DNA of 64,000 bases from Macrostomum lignano (Eukaryota): the NCBI GenBank assembly GCA_002269645.1, contig NIVC01001984.1:1-64000 (forward strand). The letters are read 5' to 3'. Positions 41,798 through 53,445 of the stretch are shown here, one piece after another (within the stretch, counting starts at the first letter, position 1; the number at the start of each line of letters is the position of its first letter). Both the position numbers and the translations under genes were made by a program. The notes beneath the pieces are model-generated. The model was given only the letters and a program-made list of their open reading frames with translations. It was not told the origin of the DNA and ran no database searches.

Positions 41798-44116
41798 ACA
41801 GAAAGAGAGACAGAAAGAGAAAGAGAGACAGAAAGAGAGAGAGAGAGGGAGAGAGAGGGAGAGTAAGAGAGAGAGGGAGAGGGAAAGGGAGAGGGAGAGT
41901 GAGAAGGAGAGGGAGAGAGAGAGAGAGAGAAAGAGAGGGAGAGAGTGAGAGGGAGAGTAAGAGAGAGAGGGAGATAAAAAGGGAGAAGGGGAGAGAGAGG
42001 GACAGAGGTAGAGGAGAGAGGGAGGGGTGGAGAGAGGTAGAGGGAGAGAGGGAGAGGGAGAGTGAGAAGGAGAGGGAGGGAGAGAAAAAGTGTGAGGAGT
42101 AGGGACAGCAGAGTGCAGGACATCGCTAGAAGCGGGTTGGTTTTGTGATTGATTTATTTTTAAACTCCTTCGCAAGCTAGCCATTATTTTGACACAAATG
42201 ACGCGCAAAAACGAACTAAAAATTGCGATAAAAACGGTATTTCAACAGTCCCCGGAAGTTAAAGAGCAATTTGTCGTAGTCAAATAGACTGCAAAAAGGT
42301 TTAATGGGTCTTCAACTTTTCCCAGACTTTATTCCAGCAATTTTATCATACCAAAACAATCACTAAATAAATATGGTTCAAACGTATTTAACATTGTTTT
42401 CTACGGCTTGCGAATAATCTAGTTTGTAAACTTTACAGTTTGTAAACTGCCCCTAGTTTGTAAACTGTCTAGTTTATGGATTGTCTAGTTTTCTGAATGG
42501 TCTAGTTTGTGAATGGTCTAGTTTGTGAATTGTCTATTTTGTGAATGGTCTAGTTTGTGAATGGTCTAGTTAGTGAACTGTCTATTTTGTGAATGGTCTA
42601 GTTAGTGAACTGTCTATTTTGTGAATGGTCTAGTTTGTAAATTGTCTACTTTGTGAATGGTCTAGTTTGTAAATTGTCTACTTTGTGAATGGTCTAGTTT
42701 GTAAATTGTCTACTTTGTGAATGGTCTAGTTTGTAAATTGTCTACTTTGTGAATGGTCTAGTTTGTGAATGGTCTAGTTTGTGAATGGTCTAGTTTGTGA
42801 ATGGTCTAGTTTGTGAATGGTCTAGTTTGTGAATGGTCTAGTTTGTGAATGGTCTAGTTAGTGAACTGTCTATTTTGTGAATGGTCTAGTTTGTAAATTG
42901 TCTACTTTGTGAATGGTCTAGTTTGTAAATTGTCTACTTTGTGAATGGTCTAGTTTGTGAATGGTCTAGTTTGTGAATGGTCTAGTTTGTGAATGGTCTA
43001 GTTTGTGAACTGTCTATTTTGTGAATGGTCTATTTTGTGAATGGTCTAGTTTTGTGAATGGTCTAGTTTGTGAATTGTCTAGTTTGTGAATTGTCTAGTT
43101 TGTGAACTGTCTATTTTGTGAATGGTCTAGTTTGTGAATGGTCTAGTTTGTGAATGGTCTAGTTTGTGAATGGTCTAGTTTGTGAATTGTCTAGTTTGTG
43201 AACTGTCTAGTTTGTGAACTGTCTATTTTGTGAATGGTCTAGTTTGTGAATGGTCTAGTTTGTGAATTGTCTAGTTTGTGAATTGTCTAGTTTGTGAATT
43301 GTCTAGTTTGTGAATGGTCTAGTTTGTGAATGGTCTGGTTTGTGAATTGTCTAGTTTGTGAATTGTCTATTTTGTGAATGGTCTAGTTTGTGAATGGTCT
43401 AGTTTGTGAATTGTCTATTTTTGTGAATGGTCTAGTTTGTTAATGGTCTGGTTTGTGAATGGTCTAGTTTGTGAACTGTCTATTTTGTGAATGGTCTAGT
43501 TTGTGAATGGTCTAGTTTGTGAACTGTCTATTTTGTGAATGGTCTAGTTTGTGAATGGTCTGGTTTGTGAATGGTCTAGTTTGTGAATTGTCTATTTTGT
43601 GAATGGTCTAGTTTGTGAATGGTCTAGTTTGTGAACTGTCTATTTTGTGAATGGTCTAGTTTGTGAATGGTCTAGTTTGTGAATTGTCTAGTTTGTGAAT
43701 TGTCTAGTTTGTGAATTGTCTAGTTTGTGAATTGTCTAGTTTGTGAATTGTCTAGTCTGTGAACTGTCTAGTTTGCGAATTGTATAGTCTGTGAACTGTC
43801 TAGTTTGTGAACTGTTTAGTTTGTGAACTGTCTAGTTTTTGAACTGTCTAGTTTGTGAACTGTCTAGTTTTTGAACTGTCTAGTTTGTGAATTGTCTAGT
43901 TTGTGAATTGTCTAGTTTGTGAATTGTCTAGTTTGTGAACTGTCTATTTTGTGAATGGTCTAGTTTGTGAATGGTCTATTTTGTGAATGGTCTAGTTTTG
44001 TGAATGAACTCCTCAATCCAGTTCCAGACCGCAACCCCGCCAGACTCACCCTTCAAGACCAGTCCAACTAGCAGCAGACCCGATGTCATCACCAAAGCTG
44101 CAGTCGCGGATGTCAT
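28426..44116 (-). CDS. CHRNA7: Nicotinic acetylcholine receptor alpha subunit, alpha7-like, cation-selective signature, about 557 aa per isoform
   Basis: Exons 44116-44050 (signal peptide), 39382-39225, 37695-37651, 36848-36739, 35196-34880, [33984-33790 or 33116-32922], [31171-31085 or 30682-30596], 30011-29902, 29603-29384, 28790-28426. Motifs: WKPDILLYN, Cys-loop [20 protein letters not shown], vicinal CC in loop C, PDAGEK, TM4 [11 protein letters not shown]. The symbol denotes family similarity, not proven orthology. Confidence 0.93.
28808..29845 (+). repeat. gagattatc-based repeats in the last two nAChR introns (28808-29345; 29685-29845)
   Basis: Unit gagattatcctcgactctcatggt and degenerate derivatives on both sides of one exon. 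Confidence 0.85.
30596..30682 (-). CDS. nAChR alternative exon '8b' (TM2 pore + TM2-TM3 loop), 87 nt
   Basis: tatttag|GT GTC..ATA G|gtgagc. Encodes [29 protein letters not shown]. Too short for the ORF track. Confidence 0.9.
31085..31171 (-). CDS. nAChR alternative exon '8a' (TM2 pore + TM2-TM3 loop), 87 nt
   Basis: ggcgcag|GC GTC..ATT G|gtgagg. Encodes [29 protein letters not shown]. Too short for the ORF track. Confidence 0.88.
31255..32825 (+). repeat. Two minisatellites in the intron between exons 7b and 8a (approx. 44-bp unit 31255-32080; 21-bp unit 32530-32825)
   Basis: Units ctgtctaacagactaacataatttatctaacatgttccttca and ctccctgcatttccctttgat. Confidence 0.9.
32922..33116 (-). CDS. 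nAChR alternative exon '7b' (loop C + TM1), 195 nt
   Basis: tgtcag|GC ATG..TTG G|gtgagt. Encodes [65 protein letters not shown]. Open, phase 1-1. Confidence 0.92.
33338..33695 (+). repeat. Homogeneous 16-bp minisatellite between exons 7a and 7b
   Basis: Unit ctgagattcaggagac. Confidence 0.95.
33790..33984 (-). CDS. nAChR alternative exon '7a' (loop C + TM1), 195 nt
   Basis: cgcag|GT TTA..TTC G|gtaaaa. Encodes [65 protein letters not shown]. Open, phase 1-1. Confidence 0.88.
34225..38240 (+). repeat. Intronic arrays in the nAChR gene: ATCA-rich (34225-34730), approx. 26-bp (35355-36650), GTCT/GTGT-rich (36965-37490), 21-bp (37735-38240)
   Basis: Units atcaatcaatcag; gatttctaggaaaaataattctaatt; gtctcagtgtctgtctgg; attgagatctagagatgat(a/t). 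The span is interrupted by exons. Confidence 0.88.
38805..39110 (+). repeat. GC-rich 15-bp minisatellite in nAChR intron 2
   Basis: Unit ccccggtgctggcgc. Confidence 0.9.
39465..44005 (+). repeat. Arrays in nAChR intron 1: 12-bp (39465-39680), 40-bp (40225-41130), GA tract (41630-42100), 16-bp (42415-44005)
   Basis: Units gagttcaggtg(g); tactgatgctgggaattcagtcagtggggaatttctcgac; (GA)n; tagtttgtgaatggtc. Confidence 0.9.
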
Positions 44117-44477
44117 CTCCCGGATGCTTCTATGCTAGCCGTTCAATTTAATATTTGTTAGAACTGATCCACTGCCTCTAGGCTAAGAGTAGAAATCTAT
44201 GAAATCAGCACATAGAAATCTGAAGCTCAACTCTACTTTCGAGACGACGAGAGCTCGAGGGTCTGCTACTTTTAATTAAAGCCTCGATGAGAAAGCAAAG
44301 AAGTGAGAGTGCACTCGGGAGAGCTAAGAGATGCAGGCATTGGCTGGGGCGGTCAGGCCAACCAGAGTTGAGTTGGGTTGTCTGCCACAGTTCCTAAATT
44401 TTCCTTTGAGAAGAGTTTGGTGCCGGAAAAGAAATTTGATGCGAAATTAAGAGAAAAAGGGGCGAAACGACACACAG

Positions 44478-44480
44478 TCG

Positions 44481-44576
<96 letters not shown>

Positions 44577-46965
44577 GGCACTAAGAAAGACAGAAAGACA
44601 GACAGACAGACAAATAGACAGACTGATAGACAGACAGACGGACAGACAGACAGACAGACAGGCACTAAGACAGATAGACAGACAGACAGACAGGCACTAA
44701 GACAGATAGACAGACAGACAGACAGACAGGCACTAAGACAGATAGACAGACAGGCACTAGGACAGATAGACAGACAGGCACTAAGACAGACAGACAGACA
44801 GGCACTAAGACAGATAGACAGACAGGCACTAAGACAGACAGACAGACAGGCACTAAGACAGACAGACAGACAGGCACTAAGACAGACAGACAGACAGGCA
44901 CTAAGACAGACAGACAGACAGGCACTAAGACAGACAGACAGGCAGACAGTCACTGAGACAGTGAAATTTTCACTGTCGAACTCCCAACAAAAATCCCCCC
45001 TGAAGTTTTGGAAGCAAAATTTAATTGAACCTGACTCGAGAAAGGGTCAGTGGGAGAATCAGACATTTAAGTGGAGGCGCTTTCTCTAGCAAGAGTGGGG
45101 CAATAAAATTTCGGTAGATATGCGTTTCTTTTTAGCGCCCAGCAACCGCTTCACCCGCCACCTACACCGCCAGCGCCAGCATGCACATGCGCAGATGCAC
45201 ACCATATCTAAATATATAAGCCTATTGATTTGCATTGGCTACTGGCTGAGTAACTCCATGTTTTATATCATTTTATTCTAACCGCTGGGTTCTCTGGGTG
45301 GCTAAGGGGAATTATTAAAGTGGGAAGGGAGTTGGTAGTAGCCAAATCCCCTCCTGATGCCAAACTAGACCAAGTGAGCACAATCGCACAGTTTAACCAA
45401 CCCAGCTCAAATGTGTGCCGAAGGCAAACAGACCATCGCAATACAAGCCCAGCTCCCATCCAGTTTGTTTTGATAGCCTGTCTGCCACTGATGTGTGCTG
45501 CGATTTGCATTGTATGCCAGTGACTTGCTGATTGGCTAATCTGTGTTGGCCAAGTCAGTCAGTCAGTCAGTCAGTCAGTCAGTCAGTCAGTCAGTCAGTC
45601 AGTCAGTCAGTCAGTCAGTCAGTCAGTCAGTCAGTCAGTCAGTCAGTCAGTCAGTCAGTTACTCAGTCAGTCAGTCAGTCAGTCAGTCAGTCAGTCAGTC
45701 AGTCAGTTACTCAGTCAGTCAGTCAGTCAGTCAGTCAGTCAGTCAGTCAGTCAGTCAGTTACTCAGTCAGTCAGTCAGTCAGTCAGTCAGTCAGTCAGTC
45801 AGTCAGTCAGTCAGTCAGTCAGTCAGTCAGTCAGTCAGTCAGTCAGTCAGTTACTCAGTCAGTCAGTCAGTCAGTCAGTCAGTCAGTCAGTCAGTCAGTC
45901 AGTCAGTCAGTCAGTTACTCAGTCAGTCAGTCAGTCAGTCAGTCAGTCAGTCAGTCAGTCAGTTACTCAGTCAGTCAGTCAGTCAGTCAGTCAGTCAGTC
46001 AGTCAGTCAGTTACTCAGTCAGTCAGTCAGTCAGTCAGTCAGTCAGTCAGTCAGTCAGTCAGTCAGTCAGTCAGTCAGTCAGTCAGTCAGTCAGTCAGTC
46101 AGTCAGTCATTCAGTCAGTCAGTCAGTCAGTCAGTCAGTCAGTCAGTCAGTTACTCAGTCAGTCAGTCAGTCAGTCAGTCAGTCAGTCAGTCAGTCAGTC
46201 AGTCAGTCATTCAGTCAGTCAGTCAGTCAGTCAGTCAGTCAGTCAGTCAGTCAGTCAGTCAGTCAGTCAGTCAGTCAGTCAGTCAGTCAGTCATTCAGTC
46301 AGTCAGTCAGTTAATCCCTCAATCATTCACTTGCTTATTCACTCACTCAGGTACTCAGTGACAAGCTGTTTTTTCAATTATAATCACTTTCTCAGTCGCT
46401 CACTCGAGCCTCAAAATGTGAATTTTCTATTTTTGCTCACTTCAGAAAAAACATTACTGAAACTCACTAAAGAGTTTAATTATTTTATTAGTAATTTACT
46501 ATAGATATAGTTAAATTATTATTGTATTAAATTAGTAGACTTTAAACAGTAAAAACAAAGAGCTGCACTTATTCATAAGATTATAACAAAAACGCGAACG
46601 GGTAATCGTTTCAATTTTGTTGACTACTTGCTACGAAAAATTTATAACGAAATTGAATTAAATTTTAGAGTGTCACTGTTAATAGCAAATCTTATACAAG
46701 CATTTTCTTCTGCAAAATAATGAATAAAATAGGACGCTTGTAAGTGCAATTAATCAAATTAGCATAGCCGTTAGCTGGAGGAAATTCTGGATCAACTGAA
46801 GGTGGAAGGAGAGGAGAGGAGAGGAGAGGAGAGGAGAGGAGAGGAGAGGAGAGGAGAGGAGAGAAGAGGAGAGGAGAGGAGAGGAGGGGAGAGGAGAGCA
46901 GAGGAGAGGAGAGGAGATGAGGGGAGAGGAGAGCAGAGGAGAGGAGAAGGGTGACGAGGAGAGAG
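44478..46965 (+). repeat. Intergenic microsatellites (GACA)n 44478-44950, (TCAG)n 45553-46310, (GAGGA)n 46805-46965
   Basis: Direct reading. Confidence 0.93.
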
Positions 46966-47245
46966 GAAATACAAGAAAAAGTCTTAACAAAAACAAAATC
47001 AAAAGTAAATTACCAAAAATATTATTTCAATGGCCAATTTTCAATTCCTTGCAGCCTAAGAATAGCTAAAGAAATTATCCAGACAAATAAATAAAATAAT
47101 AAGTAAAAAGTAACTCAAGGTCAAATACTACAGCAGAACAGAGTGTTAAAACTCTCTGTTTAGAATATTCAATTACAGATCAGAAATTGTCAGCAGTGAT
47201 ATCTGAAACGGCAGTATTAATTATCAGGGTCAGACCACTAAAAAG

Positions 47246-50200
47246 TCATTCCCGCAGGTACCTTCTGTAGAAATCCTGCACATCCAGCAGCACGCGGGAT
47301 CTGTCCCGCATCCGCACCTCAACAGCTTCAATTTCGGGCAGGTGCACATCCCGAATGCCGAGGCGAATCGGTGGCAGTTGCGGCTCCAGCGGCTGCTGCG
47401 GTTGAGGAGGCGGCGGAGGTTGAGAAGACAGGAATTTCTGCTGCTGCTGCTGCTGCATCGGAGGCTGCGCAGCTCTTCCTGTGTACACATCCGGGTTGGA
47501 TTTGTAAGCTCCCACATCCGGAGGCGGTGGCGGACTTCGCGACCGAGAGATCCGGTATTGATAAGGAGTCGAGGGCGGCGGCTGCTGCTGTTGAAGCACT
47601 TGACGCTCCACGGCTGTAGGCTGCTGAAGAGGCTGCGGTGGTGGAGGCGGCGGCGGTGGCGCCGGCGGCCCAGCGGCTGCACCATAGCGATCCAGAGTGG
47701 CTGGCGGAGGTGGCCCTCGGACACTGTCCGCCGGTCGGTCATGAGGTTCCGGCGATGCGGCCGGAGAGTCGTCCGCTGCTCCGGCTGCGAATGTCGGGTG
47801 CTGCAGCGGCGGCAGGTGATGCGGCGGCGGCGGTGGTGGCGGCGGCGTCACGGGAGGATAGCGGGCCAGCTGCTGCTGAGGGTGGAACATGATTCATGCT
47901 TCAACTCAATTGCTTGAACTGGTACATGTACAAGACAACCCATCTGGTGGAATTTATTGTACACAAGCCCCAAATGTCATGGTCCCACCTTTGGGGCTGA
48001 CTTTAATTTTGATGAATTTGCGATCATTTTAGGCCAGATTTTCTGCTCCTCTTTTTTGACAGTCACGCAAGCGACCATAACTCATTGGAGCTTCAATCGA
48101 TACCTCAATCTGTCTTTTTTGACCCGTCACAGACTGTCTGTCTGGCTCCCAAGAGTCCGTGGACGACAACAACAATGAAGAGTAAATATTCAATTCCTTC
48201 GAAATCGAACGGGAGTGCGGAGGGGGAGACGAGTTCGATCAGATTAGAGCTAGCCAGAGGCTGGTCTCGGGTCAATAAGTTCATCTGGAGCTCTGTCAGC
48301 ACCGGGTGGGCGAGCGCTCTCCATCTCTCCATCTCAACCCAAGAATCCACAGCAGCTGCCGTGAGGCCGCAAGTCTCAACTTTTCTCCCTGCAACCCTCT
48401 TTCTTCTTTCTCTCGAATTCGTCGCCAGGGGGGGGGGGGGTTCCTAGGCATAGATTTCCAGTCTCTCGACCTCTCCTATACTTGATGAAGAAGCGGTTTC
48501 GCTAGGCATGTCGAGTGGACCAAACACAGACCAAGAGGCGGCGGCGAGGGTGTGTGTGAGAACAGGGCGGGCGAGTGGGAAAGTTCGACACTCCCCAAAG
48601 TCGCGAATTAATTTATTTCGTTTCCCCTTGGTCTGAAGCTCGACGGTTCTTCCAAAGAAAGTCGATGATTGACTTTTCAAGCTTCCTGACTTTCGAGGGC
48701 GTCGCCTTAGTTGCGTCAAGTCTAGCATATAATTATCTTTTTTCATTCTATATTTTCGATTTTGCTCGATTTTAAACGGCTTTTTAATGGCGATTGGTTT
48801 GTTGCTGACCGAATAAGAGAGACGCTGAATGATTATGGGAAGTCTCGTCATCAAAACAATGTTTCAGGAGCTGAGGTGAATCAAAGACAATGATTCAGGG
48901 GCTGAGGTGAATCAAAGACAATGATTCAGGTGCTGAGGTGAATCAAAGACAGTGATTCAGGGGCTGAGGTGAATCAAAGACAATGATTCAGGGTCTGAGG
49001 TGAATCAAAGACAATGATTCAGGGGCTGAGGTGAATCAAAGACAATGATTCAGGGGCTGAGGTGAATCAAAGACAATGATTCAGGGGCTGAGGTGAATCA
49101 AAAACAATGATTCAGGGTCTGAGGTGAATCAAAGACAATGATTCAGGGGCTGAGGTGAATCAAAGACAATGATTCAGGTGCTGAGGTGAATCAAATACAA
49201 TGATCCAGGGTCTGAGGTGAATCAAAGACAATGATTCAGGGTCTGAGGTGAATCAAAGACAGTGATTCAGGGGCTGAGGTGAATCAAAGACAATGATTCA
49301 GGTGCTGAGGTGAATCAAAGACAATGATTCAGGGGCTGAGGTGAATCAAAGACAGTGATTCAGGGTCTGAGGTGAATCAAAGACTATGATTCAGGGGCTG
49401 AGGTGAATCAAAGACAATGATTCAGGTGCTGAGGTGAATCAAAGACAGTGATTCAGGGGCTGAGGTGAATCAAAGACAATGATTCAGGGGCTGAGGTGAA
49501 TCAAAGACAATGATTCAGGGGCTGCTGAGGTGAATCAACGACAGTGATTCAGGGGCTGCTGAGGTGAATCAAAGACAATGATTCAGGGGCTGCTGAGGTG
49601 AATCAAAGACAATGATTCAGGGGCTGGGGTGAATCAAAGACAGTGATTCAGGGGCTGAGGTGAATCAAAGACAGTGATTCAGGTGCTGAGGTGAATCAAA
49701 GACAATGATTCACGGGCTGCTGAGGTGAATCAAAGACAGTGATTCAGGGGCTGCTGAGGTGAATCAAAGACAATGATTCAGGGGCTGCTGAGGTGAATCA
49801 AAGACAATGATTCAGGGGCTGAGGTGAATCAAAGACAGTGATTCAGGTGCTGAGGTGAATCAAAGACAATGATTCAGGGGCTGAGGTGAATCAAAGACAG
49901 TGATTCAGGGTCTGAGGTGAATCAAAGACAGTGATTCAGGGGCTGAGGTGAATCAAAGACAATGATTCAGGTGCTGAGGTGAATCAAAGACAGTGATTCA
50001 GGGGCTGAGGTGAATCAAAGACAATGATCCAGGGGCTGCTGAGGTGAATCAAAGACAATGATTCAGGGGCTGAGGTGAATCAAAGACAGTGATTCAGGTG
50101 CTGAGGTGAATCAAAGACAATGATTCAGGGGCTGAGGTGAATCAAAGACAGTGATTCAGGTGCTGAGGTGAATCAAAGACAGTGATTCAGGTGCTGGAGT

Positions 50201-50563
50201 GAATCAAAAGAATGATTCATGGACTCAAAGAGCAAAAGATTCAGGCTAACGATGACCTAAATTCTAATTAAAAACCAAAACAACCATTAGAACAGGGACT
50301 CAAAAATACAATACCTGCTGCAGCTCAGCCTGTTGATCCTGCAGTCTTACGAAGCCAGCAGGGGCCCGATACTGCCCGTCCCTCCGCAGGAAGTCGCCAT
50401 ACTCAGCCGCAGTGGTGGGAGTTCCCGCCTTCCTGACATCCAGATCGTAGTTCTTCAACCGGTTGGGCACCGTAATGAGTGACACCTTGCCGCTGTCATA
50501 GAAATTTCCGTAGGCGTCGTTACTAGTGAACGCCGGGACGTACGAGTTTCGGTAGAATGACAT
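47246..50563 (-). CDS. Uncharacterised Pro/Gln-rich protein, about 292 aa, 2-exon model
   Basis: Exon 50563-50315 (MSFYRNSY..AELQQ|gtattg) joined in phase 0 to 47875-47246 (ccctcag|QQLARYPP..poly-P/Q..LPEIEAVEVRMRDRSRVLLDVQDFYRRYLRE*). GC-rich and coding-like; no family recognised; the junction is inferred. Confidence 0.6.
48855..50225 (+). repeat. 29/32-bp minisatellite in the intron of the Pro/Gln-rich gene
   Basis: Unit ctgaggtgaatcaaagacaatgattcaggg. Confidence 0.94.
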
Positions 50564-51908
50564 TCTCTGTCGCTTTTCTTCATCAACTTTCTAGAAAACT
50601 CTGTTAAGCTCTGTGGCTACAGGCTTGCTCTCTAACTTAAAAAGACTGTCAAAGCGTAGAGCTGAGGAGGGAAGGTGCAGAGATAGAGACCATAGCAACA
50701 AAAGGCGTCAAGCCCTCTTCCCGCGGCCCCAAACTGGATGAATTTTGAATAACGAACGCAACGTTAGTCTTCTCCGTCTTTCTCTCTATAAAGAGATTGG
50801 AGATTTAACCGAGCACACAAAGGCAGGTCGCACGATCCGCTGTTGCACGCAGCAGCTTTTTCTCTCTTCTCTTCTCTTCTCAGAAGATTTATTCTTGGTC
50901 ATTAAGGCAAGCAACTTTTCTACCCAATGCCAACTGCATCTTTCAGCACTTTTTTTAATTTACTAACTTCTACCTACAAGTAATCGGCTCTATCGTACCC
51001 AATGACGTGCTGTGAATTTATTGTTCTGTACGTACGTGTACATGTCATACGTGCTTATATCCCTTCCTATATAAATTTTTTCGATTTAACTAAATTGTGC
51101 AAAAGAAAAGAGAAATTATGGGGCTTTTTGAAACGAACTGACATTACGAAGGATTGTCTTTATAGACAGAGAGCATTAACAAAAATTCAAGTAAGAGAGA
51201 AGACAAAGGATCGAGGAAGCTACCAACAAAGACGATACGCAAGATCGGGGGCCAGTCGCCAACCACAAGAACTAAACGCTCTCTACCCCAAGAACTAAGT
51301 GAAACAGGTAGCCGACCGTTGCTACAGTTAACATCTAGCAACTGAGAGTTAAGTTATACAAAACACTTTAGCCGCAATATTGATTGTCCCGCGGATTCTG
51401 CAAGATAAAGCAGAGTTCTGCACGGTTAGCAGAGAGCAATTTATAGCTCCATCTTGAAAGCCGAACTCGCGGTGTTGCAGTTCAATCAGCACAAAAGAGG
51501 ACTCCCAACAACTGGATTATGTACTGACAGCTGGAGCGGATCAAGAAAGTTTCTCACCTACAATAAACTCTGTGCACCAAGAGGCACCTGCTCGAAAACA
51601 GCTAAGCCAGAGGAATTAACGACCGACCGAGATCTGTCTCGTCCAGCTTCCTCAGTTCAAGGAGACACGTCGGCATCGATTGGAAAAGCTTGCCAGCAAC
51701 CGCCGCTCAAGACTGCATGAAGCCGCACTTTTTGCTGCCGGCACAGAGGCCTGGAGGACTGGTTAAGTCTGTCAGTCCCTCACAAATGGATTGCAATCAA
51801 ACTTAGTCGAAATACAATAAAATCTAATCGAAAACCTTCGATTTAATACTAGCAGTAGTACTACGAGGAGTGTTCGGAAAGTTCTGACACTTTTAAACAG
51901 GTGGAGAC

Positions 51909-52079
51909 CATGCTTGGGCGCAACCTAGGGATTCACCCGGCCGTTTCTATTGGCAACACACACACACGTAAGTCGCTATTGGACAGAATAATAGTCACGT
52001 GACTGCTCTCAGCCAATAGCGACTTACATGTGTGTGTCCAATAATAGAAATGGCCGAGTGATTCCCAAGGTTGCGCATG
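51909..52079. mobile_element. Palindromic MITE-like dispersed element, copy 2
   Basis: gcgcaacctagggattcac..gtaagtcgctattgg [spacer] ccaatagcgacttac..gtgattcccaaggttgcgc. Homologous to 10108-10338. Confidence 0.65.
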
Positions 52080-53217
52080 TATGGAGACTGCAGTGTCTGT
52101 TAGGAAAGCTGTATTGAGCGGTTGATGATGATAGTTAAAGACAGAAACAGTTTGTTTCTAAAAGTACAAAAACCATCGCTTTCTATATCCCATAACCCCC
52201 CCCCCAAGGCGCAGTGAAGTGCCCATGCCTAACGATAAATAAAGTCAGGGCATCTGCACACTCCTGTGTGAGTGTGCGCCTTCTCAGGGGAGTCGGCGGA
52301 ATGGGCAGTAATGCCTCTCGCCGGTTGTGTGCCTGTCGCTTAAAGTGCACCAGGGTCCACACAGCCTCCATGACTCCAATAAAACAAAAACCAAAATACT
52401 TTTGCATTGAAACATTTTTCGGTATACAACAAAGAAGTTGTATAAACTGAAAGAAAAACCGTATTAAATTTAAACATATGATCGTATAATTAATCGGCTG
52501 TTAATAGGATAAACTAAATTTTGCTTACAGTGGCCGGACTTTAAAATAGCAAATTTGCTTTCAATAGTCAAATCAGTTACGAGAAAAAAGACAAAAAATA
52601 TTAAACAAAAATGCAGGAGATTTTAGTTAGCAGTTTCACTGCAACAAACTGCACTATTATAGTAGAACAATAACATAAAAATCCTAGATTTCAAATACAG
52701 TCAAAGTACAACATTTTCCCAATTTCACAACCCAGTGGGACTTTTCCGTCCGCCCCGATGTCCGCCCGCGCCTCCGCCCTTTTTTGGGCGACGGCCGCCC
52801 CATGGAGCTACGTGACCTCCGCCCCGGCGTCCGGGGCGGCGCCGCTGGGCGGAGCCTGATGAAATTTGCTCATAAGCCTACTATTAGTAGTAGAATTAGC
52901 ACAAATTTTTTTTTGCTGCATTCACTCAGCATTTTTTTCACGATTTTTCTGCTTTTTGGATTTTTCGATTTTGGGATATTAGCGATCACTGGCTTCGTAA
53001 TTAAGGCTATTAGAATGATTCAAAGACTTGTTCGCTTCGTTTTGTTCCTACTGGTGCAGGCAACTCCGTAATGTATATTTAAGTCATAGGTAGTTCGTGT
53101 ATTTTAATTATTTGCAAGTATTTTAAGGCATTAAAACATTTTATAAATAAGCGCAATAATTCTTTAAAAAAGAAATTACAAATGAATATTAGCAAAATCA
53201 GGAGTGAAGCGAGTCGG

Positions 53218-53445
53218 CAGGGGCGGATTGAGGGGGGGGCATTAGGGCGGCCGCCCCCTATCAAAATAGCTTGATAAAAAATATTTTTTTTACCTAAGTT
53301 TAAAAACCTAAGTTTTTTGTGCATAGCTTCATTTTTTACTTTTAACACACTTTTTGCGCCCCCCTAGCTTAAAAATGGCGCCCCTCATACTCTTGATGGC
53401 GCCCCCACACTGGGACCCCCGAAATGAAATTCCAGATCCGACACT
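53218..53445. mobile_element. Degenerate short MITE-like insert nested in the EnSpm element
   Basis: Starts caggggcggattgagggggggg and ends ccagatccgacact, resembling the 'CAGxGGCGGAT..ATCCGCCxCTG' class of short invertebrate elements. Internal GCCCC motifs. Confidence 0.4.

Noticed and set aside
45532-46361. 260/272-aa 'SQSV' ORFs
   Set aside because: (TCAG)n microsatellite.
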